DNA of 64,000 nt from a virus. Every line of letters starts with the position of its first letter. Within the stretch, counting starts at the first letter, position 1. Below the pieces are notes generated by a model that saw only the letters and a program-made list of their open reading frames with translations, was not told the DNA's origin and ran no database searches. This document shows, piece after piece, positions 59,401 to 64,000 of this stretch. Both the position numbers and the translations under genes were made by a program. The stretch is from the IMG/VR virus record IMGVR_UViG_3300045988_122518; one strand, written 5' to 3'.

Positions 59401-61747
59401 ATTCTTGATTAGCATCAGTGGCTCTATTAGTAGCCTATACATTATTAAGAATTTCAATAACCATAGAAGAATATGAATCTTGTAATGAATTAATAGTATT
59501 TTCAATCTGTTCTTCAGTCATCTAAGTGCCTTCTAAAGTACTTCGTAACTATGAAAATGCTGAATTGGCTTCATTTTCTGTAATAGTAATTAAACTATTT
59601 AACTAATTTCTAAATTCTTCAGTTGTATTATAAGTCCCATTAAGAATATTATCTAAACTATTAAAAGACATCCCTAACTAAGAAGTTTTATCACAAACCT
59701 ATTGGAGTTTCTCTTTTAATTCATCTAAATTTTCGATATCTCTTGTAGCACTTTGGAAATCATCTAAAACACTAGATAAAACAAAATTCTGTCTAGTAGA
59801 ATTTACCTAAGATCTATAATCCTAAACATTCCCTTGTTTCATTCTAACTTGCGTTTCAAGCTATCTTTCTAATTGACGAGTTATTTTTTGCTATTGTTCT
59901 AAATCTTGAGCACTCTTAATTGCTCGTTCTCCAAGTTTTTCATTAATATCTATAATAAATTTAGCCTAAGCCTATTCTTCTTCAGTCAACTGACTCCCCT
60001 AAGCAATTAATTCTCTTTGTTTCTAAATTAAAACATCTTGTAAATTAGCCTACTAAGTATAAATATCACTACGAGTAGAATAATCAGGTCCCTAATCAAC
60101 ATTATCTGCCATAATAGATCTCAATTTATTATTAGCTTCTTGACGCATTTTTACAATTTCATTTATTCCATTTTTAGAAGAAATTTTAATATTATACATC
60201 ATCCGTTGAATAGATTTTGTAATATCATTCCCGAATACTTTAAATCCAATAGTTCCAATAATAGATAGAACTCCAGGCAGTCCTCCTAATGCTTTAATTA
60301 GCTAGCTAATAACATTTAATAATTTTGCAAAAATATTAGTTAATTGAATAAAAGCCTTATCATCCAATAGCTAATCATAAATAGTTTCCAAAGAAGCAGT
60401 AACTCTATTTTTAGCAGCTTCCCAAGATTCTGCGTAAACGTCAGCTTGCTCCTGAAGAGATCCATCAGCATCCTAAGCTTTAGTAAGATTTTCTTTATAA
60501 TAATCAAAATGATCCATCAAAGCAATTAATTGAGTATATTGACGAACACCCGCAACCTATTGTGCTAAAGCTACTTGCTAATCTTTATCAATACTCTGCC
60601 ATTTATTACCCATTTCTTCGATAATATTATCCATATCTTTTAATTCACCGTTAGAATCTTTAATATTAATTCCAACTTTTTCAAGAGCCTATGAGTATTG
60701 ATTTAATGTAGTACCATCTTCTAAAGTTTCACCAAGTTTTAAACCTTGAATACGAGCAAAGATCGTTTTTAAAGCAGTACCTACAACATCTTCACTTTGA
60801 CGAGTAGTAGCAGTAATAGTGGCTAAAGCTGCTGCTGCATTATCAAAACTTAAACCAATTGTACTAGCAACCGCTGCAAATTTTTCAAGGCCACCAGCAA
60901 TCTCATCAGAACTAGAAGCGGTATCCGCACCTAAACGCACCATAGCATCAGCATAATGCTCTAATGACTAGCTTCCATCATAAAAATTATTCCAGACAGC
61001 AGTCATTTGATCTGAAACAATTTCAGCACTTTCACGAGCCACATTTGCCATTTTTATAGTGATGTCAGTACGTTCTTTTACCTATTCATCATTTAAACCC
61101 TACTGATAATAAATTAAGGCTGCGTCAGTATATTTAGTAGTTGTAGTGCTTAACTCTTTAGCAGCTTTATTTGCCTAAATTGCAAATTTTGCCATCTAAT
61201 CTGCATTTTGTCCAGTAACGATACGAATATTATTTAAAGATTCATTTAAATCCTAAGCATAATAATAGGCAGACTATATTGCTCCCATAAAGCCATGTAA
61301 AATACTTGAAGATATTTGCCAACGAGCAGTATTAGCTAAAGTAGTTCCAAATTCTTTTAATAAGGCATTACTTCTTTTTAAGGGCAACTCTGCTGTAGAA
61401 ATAGATTTTGCTAAATTAGCGAAAGCCTATTCGCCTTCTCTACCTAAAATTTGTAGCTAATCTCCATACTCGCTAATAGTTCTTCCACTTTTTTTTAATG
61501 ATTGATTAAATTTTCCTAAATCAATAGTCCCCGCCTCTGTTCGGCAAGTGACTAACATCCCTTGTAATTCACTAACATAAGGCAAGGCTTTTTGAATTTC
61601 TTGCGATAAACTTAAATTACCATAGCTGTTAACATTTTTTGTTAAATTATTAAGCTATTCTTGTAAATCTTTCAACTATTGTTGAGCCTATTTAGCATCA
61701 GCAGTAAATTGTAAATTAACCTAATAACTATTTAATTGTTTAGCCAT
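53441..61747 (-). CDS. tail tape measure protein, 2768 aa, recoded with dozens of in-frame TAG
   Basis: RBS AAAGGAG then ATG 61747. Nine tracked ORFs between 53804 and 60943 share frame 2. The C-terminal 120 codons were traced to TAA 53441-53443 and contain the TMP-type motif FRSGGYTGTWNDSGKLAFLH.KELVLNADDTENM. Long coiled-coil-rich sequence throughout. Confidence 0.7.
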
Positions 61748-61779
61748 AGGAATCTCCTTTCTCTCCAATTTTTACTTTG

Positions 61780-61828
61780 CAAAATAAAAATAAAATGGGG
61801 ATAAGAGCAATTATACTCTTATCCCCAT
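61780..61828 (-). terminator. terminator-like hairpin (TGGGGATAAGAG / CTCTTATCCCCA plus U-run) between the chaperone-like gene and the tape measure start
   Basis: 12-bp perfect stem followed on the - strand by TTTTATTTTTATTTT. Confidence 0.45.
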
Positions 61829-61871
61829 CACTCTATTATTTTTCAAAAAATAATATTATTAACTAATTTAA

Positions 61872-62405
61872 TTAGCCCAATTTAGTAAGTACGTCTTTCA
61901 ATAAAGCCATATTATCTGGATCATTTAACTTCTTTTGAATATCTGTTGCATCCAAATCTAAATTACTATAATCCGCGGAAATTGCTTCCATAATACCCAT
62001 CGCAGAATTGCGATATGACACAATATTATTAGCCATCTCGTGAGTCGTTTTATTTAAATAATAAAATTCTCCATCAGGCACAAGACCAATAATAAGATTA
62101 AGCACTTTAGAAGCATTAAGCATATCGTAAAGCTTCATTGGATCTTCTTTTTGCTTTTCAGTAAATGAAATATTACTATAAGCATAAACAATCTCTAAAC
62201 CAAGATTCATATCTAATTTTAAAAGGTTATAGTATCCAGTATTTTCATCCACTGAATTATTCAATACACGAGTAATCAATTCACTCTTTTCCGCGATAGG
62301 AAGATATTGCTTTACTTCAATAGTCTAATCATTGTATTCAACAGTTTGAACTTTATTAAGTTCATCCTTAGTAATTCCTAATTTATTATATGAAATTTTA
62401 GCCAT
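61872..62405 (-). CDS. putative tail assembly chaperone (177 aa, one TAG), by position upstream of the tape measure gene
   Basis: RBS AAAAGGAGG then ATG 62405; tracked ORF 61872-62279 extended through one TAG; ends at TAA. Confidence 0.4.
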
Positions 62406-62453
62406 AATTAGCCTCCTTTTACTCTTTATTATATTATACAAAAAATTTTTTAT

Positions 62454-63595
62454 TTAGTCAATTTTAAAATGCGTTTACCAATAGCAGTTTCAACTAAATT
62501 ATCTATATCTTCTTGAATTAAATTATCAAATTCATTAAAATTTGATATTTCAGTCTCAAATTGTTTAAACAGAATTTTTGCCTAAGTATCAACATCCTAA
62601 GATTTTAAACTATTTATTATAGTTCGCAAAGACTAAATTCTTTCTTTAAACAAACTTTTTATTTTTTTACCAGTAGTTTTTAACTATATATTATAAACTA
62701 CCTACATGGTTTTAGGATCAACAATAATAATATCTCCACCAGTATACCAACTTATATGATTTTTAGAATCTATTAATAGCTAAGGGAAATGGCCTTTTAT
62801 TCCGCCCTCTTGCTCGTAAACAGAAACAGTATCTTTATTTCCAGAATTCAAATTTATCTGTTCTATTCCACTTGTCTTTAAATAATTATAAATCCCTCTT
62901 TCATAATTAGCCATATGATTCATAAAAGCATCATAAGCCTACCCTAAACCTTGCCCTCTATAATATCTATTTAAATTAATTTTTCCAGTTTTTTTAGATG
63001 TTGAACCATAAAAAGCCTAAGCCCAAGTGGCGCCAGTTAAATGATGATTTTTTTCTGAATAATAACTTACTAATTTACTTTTATAATATCTATATAAATA
63101 ATGTGCTTCTTCTTTACTAATAGACTATCCTAATTGAGTTAAAAAACCATTTAAATGTAAATTTAAAAAATTCTAAACTTCTTGAGCTTTTAGCGCGGTT
63201 TCCATAGCACTTGATACAGCTTCACCCGCAGTATCAATACCCCATTCTTTACCTCTTATCTATTCAGCCATATTTTGTTCTAGAATAGTTGAAATTTCAG
63301 CAGACTAATTTTTTGTTCCACGATAAGCAACAATTAATTCCAATGATTTTTTATTTAATAAAACAACTTCTTGGAACTTCTTCCATTTAGACTAAAATTC
63401 TAATGCCATTTTAGGAGTAACTACATCTCCTTTAATTCCATTTAAAACTTTATCTAAATCATTAATAACTGAATTAATTTCTGCTCCATTCTTTTCACAG
63501 TATTCTTTAAAAATCTATAAAAATAATTCTTCATTATTAACAAATATATCTCCAAATATTATACCTTTTATTTTACCATTAGTATTAATTACCAA
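62454..63595 (-). CDS. hypothetical tail-region protein (about 380 aa, TTG start, about 12 in-frame TAG)
   Basis: RBS AAAGGAGG then TTG 63595; read through TAGs to TAA 62454; protein-like sequence throughout, but the frame was not coordinate-verified. Confidence 0.35.
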
Positions 63596-63619
63596 ATTTA
63601 ATCCTCCTTTTCCACATAA

Positions 63620-63658
63620 CGAAAAAAATGGGAGAGAATATTTCTATTCTCTCCCATT
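63620..63658 (-). terminator. terminator hairpin (AATGGGAGAGAATA / TATTCTCTCCCATT)
   Basis: 14-bp stem then a U-run on the - strand. Confidence 0.45.
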
Positions 63659-63660
63659 AA

Positions 63661-63843
63661 TTAATCTTTTTTATCTAATTCAGATAAAATCTTACTTACC
63701 TCATCTTCCTATTGAAGAATTACTTCCTCAATAGGTTTAATAGGCTCTTTCTTTACAGCCTTTTCTACTTTTGGCTGCTTTTTAGTAGATTCTTTTTTAG
63801 GCTGTTTTGGTGGAGTATATTTTACTGGACCTTTTACAACCAT
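63661..63843 (-). CDS. small Lys-rich hypothetical protein (about 60 aa, one TAG)
   Basis: RBS GGAGGCT then ATG 63843. Confidence 0.3.
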
Positions 63844-63850
63844 ATTAATT

Positions 63851-64000
63851 AGCCTCCAATAACAGTGGTGCTATTAGCAGCGGTCTTTCTACGAATATCG
63901 TTGTCAACAGTTTCGTCTTCTTCAATAATCTGAATAGCAGCCAAAACTTTCTTACTATGATCGAAACGAGTATAGTCAGGGAATGCATCCATAGTAAAGG
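63851..64000 (-). CDS. 3' end of an upstream tail gene (5' part lies outside the window), possibly the major tail protein
   Basis: Open frame ending ...TVIGG then TAA at 63851. Confidence 0.3.

Noticed and set aside
44000-62000. Near-absence of standard-code ORFs longer than 60 aa on either strand across roughly 18 kb; could be read as non-coding DNA, a pseudogene graveyard or a poor assembly
   Set aside because: All breaks in the coding frame are TAG. Strong RBSs precede the long recoded frames. The frames end at TAA/TGA next to terminator hairpins. So this is dense coding under a reassigned code, not decay.
1-64000. CRISPR arrays, integrase or attachment sites, IS elements, group I introns or inteins
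   Set aside because: No spaced direct repeats beyond the short promoter motifs. No recombinase or transposase motifs. The large replication genes (polymerase, NrdD, helicases) are collinear with homologues without extra inserted domains.

Overview
AT-rich (roughly 30% GC) phage-like genome segment with two modules: a + strand early/replication-nucleotide metabolism module (1-23680) and a - strand late/tail morphogenesis module (23724-64000), separated by a bidirectional terminator. The - strand block is interrupted once, by a + strand AgrA-like LytTR regulator (26890-27606). The central observation is that TAG is not a stop codon here. Many conserved genes are single reading frames only if in-frame TAG is read as sense, probably Gln as in genetic code 15. 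Examples are the DnaB helicase, RecJ-like DHH exonuclease, SF1 helicase, NrdD, NrdG, guanylate kinase, RuvC-like resolvase, the LytTR regulator, the tape measure protein and every large tail gene. No TAA or TGA interrupts them, and every gene ends at TAA or TGA. TAG density is low in early genes: the DnaE-type polymerase, primase, Sak4-like ATPase and dUTPase contain none. It is several-fold higher in late genes; the six-frame track is almost empty across 44-62 kb because of it. Recoded gene models give a 2768-aa tape measure protein, a roughly 2572-aa structural ORF, three tail-fibre-like paralogues, a gene cassette containing a BclA C-terminal-domain-like protein, and an anaerobic-host nucleotide module (NrdDG, ThyX-like, Gmk, Dut). 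No tRNA (including any amber suppressor), CRISPR array or integrase was found in the window. All annotation is by eye from motifs. Coordinates of recoded - strand genes were checked codon by codon where stated; elsewhere they are approximate.
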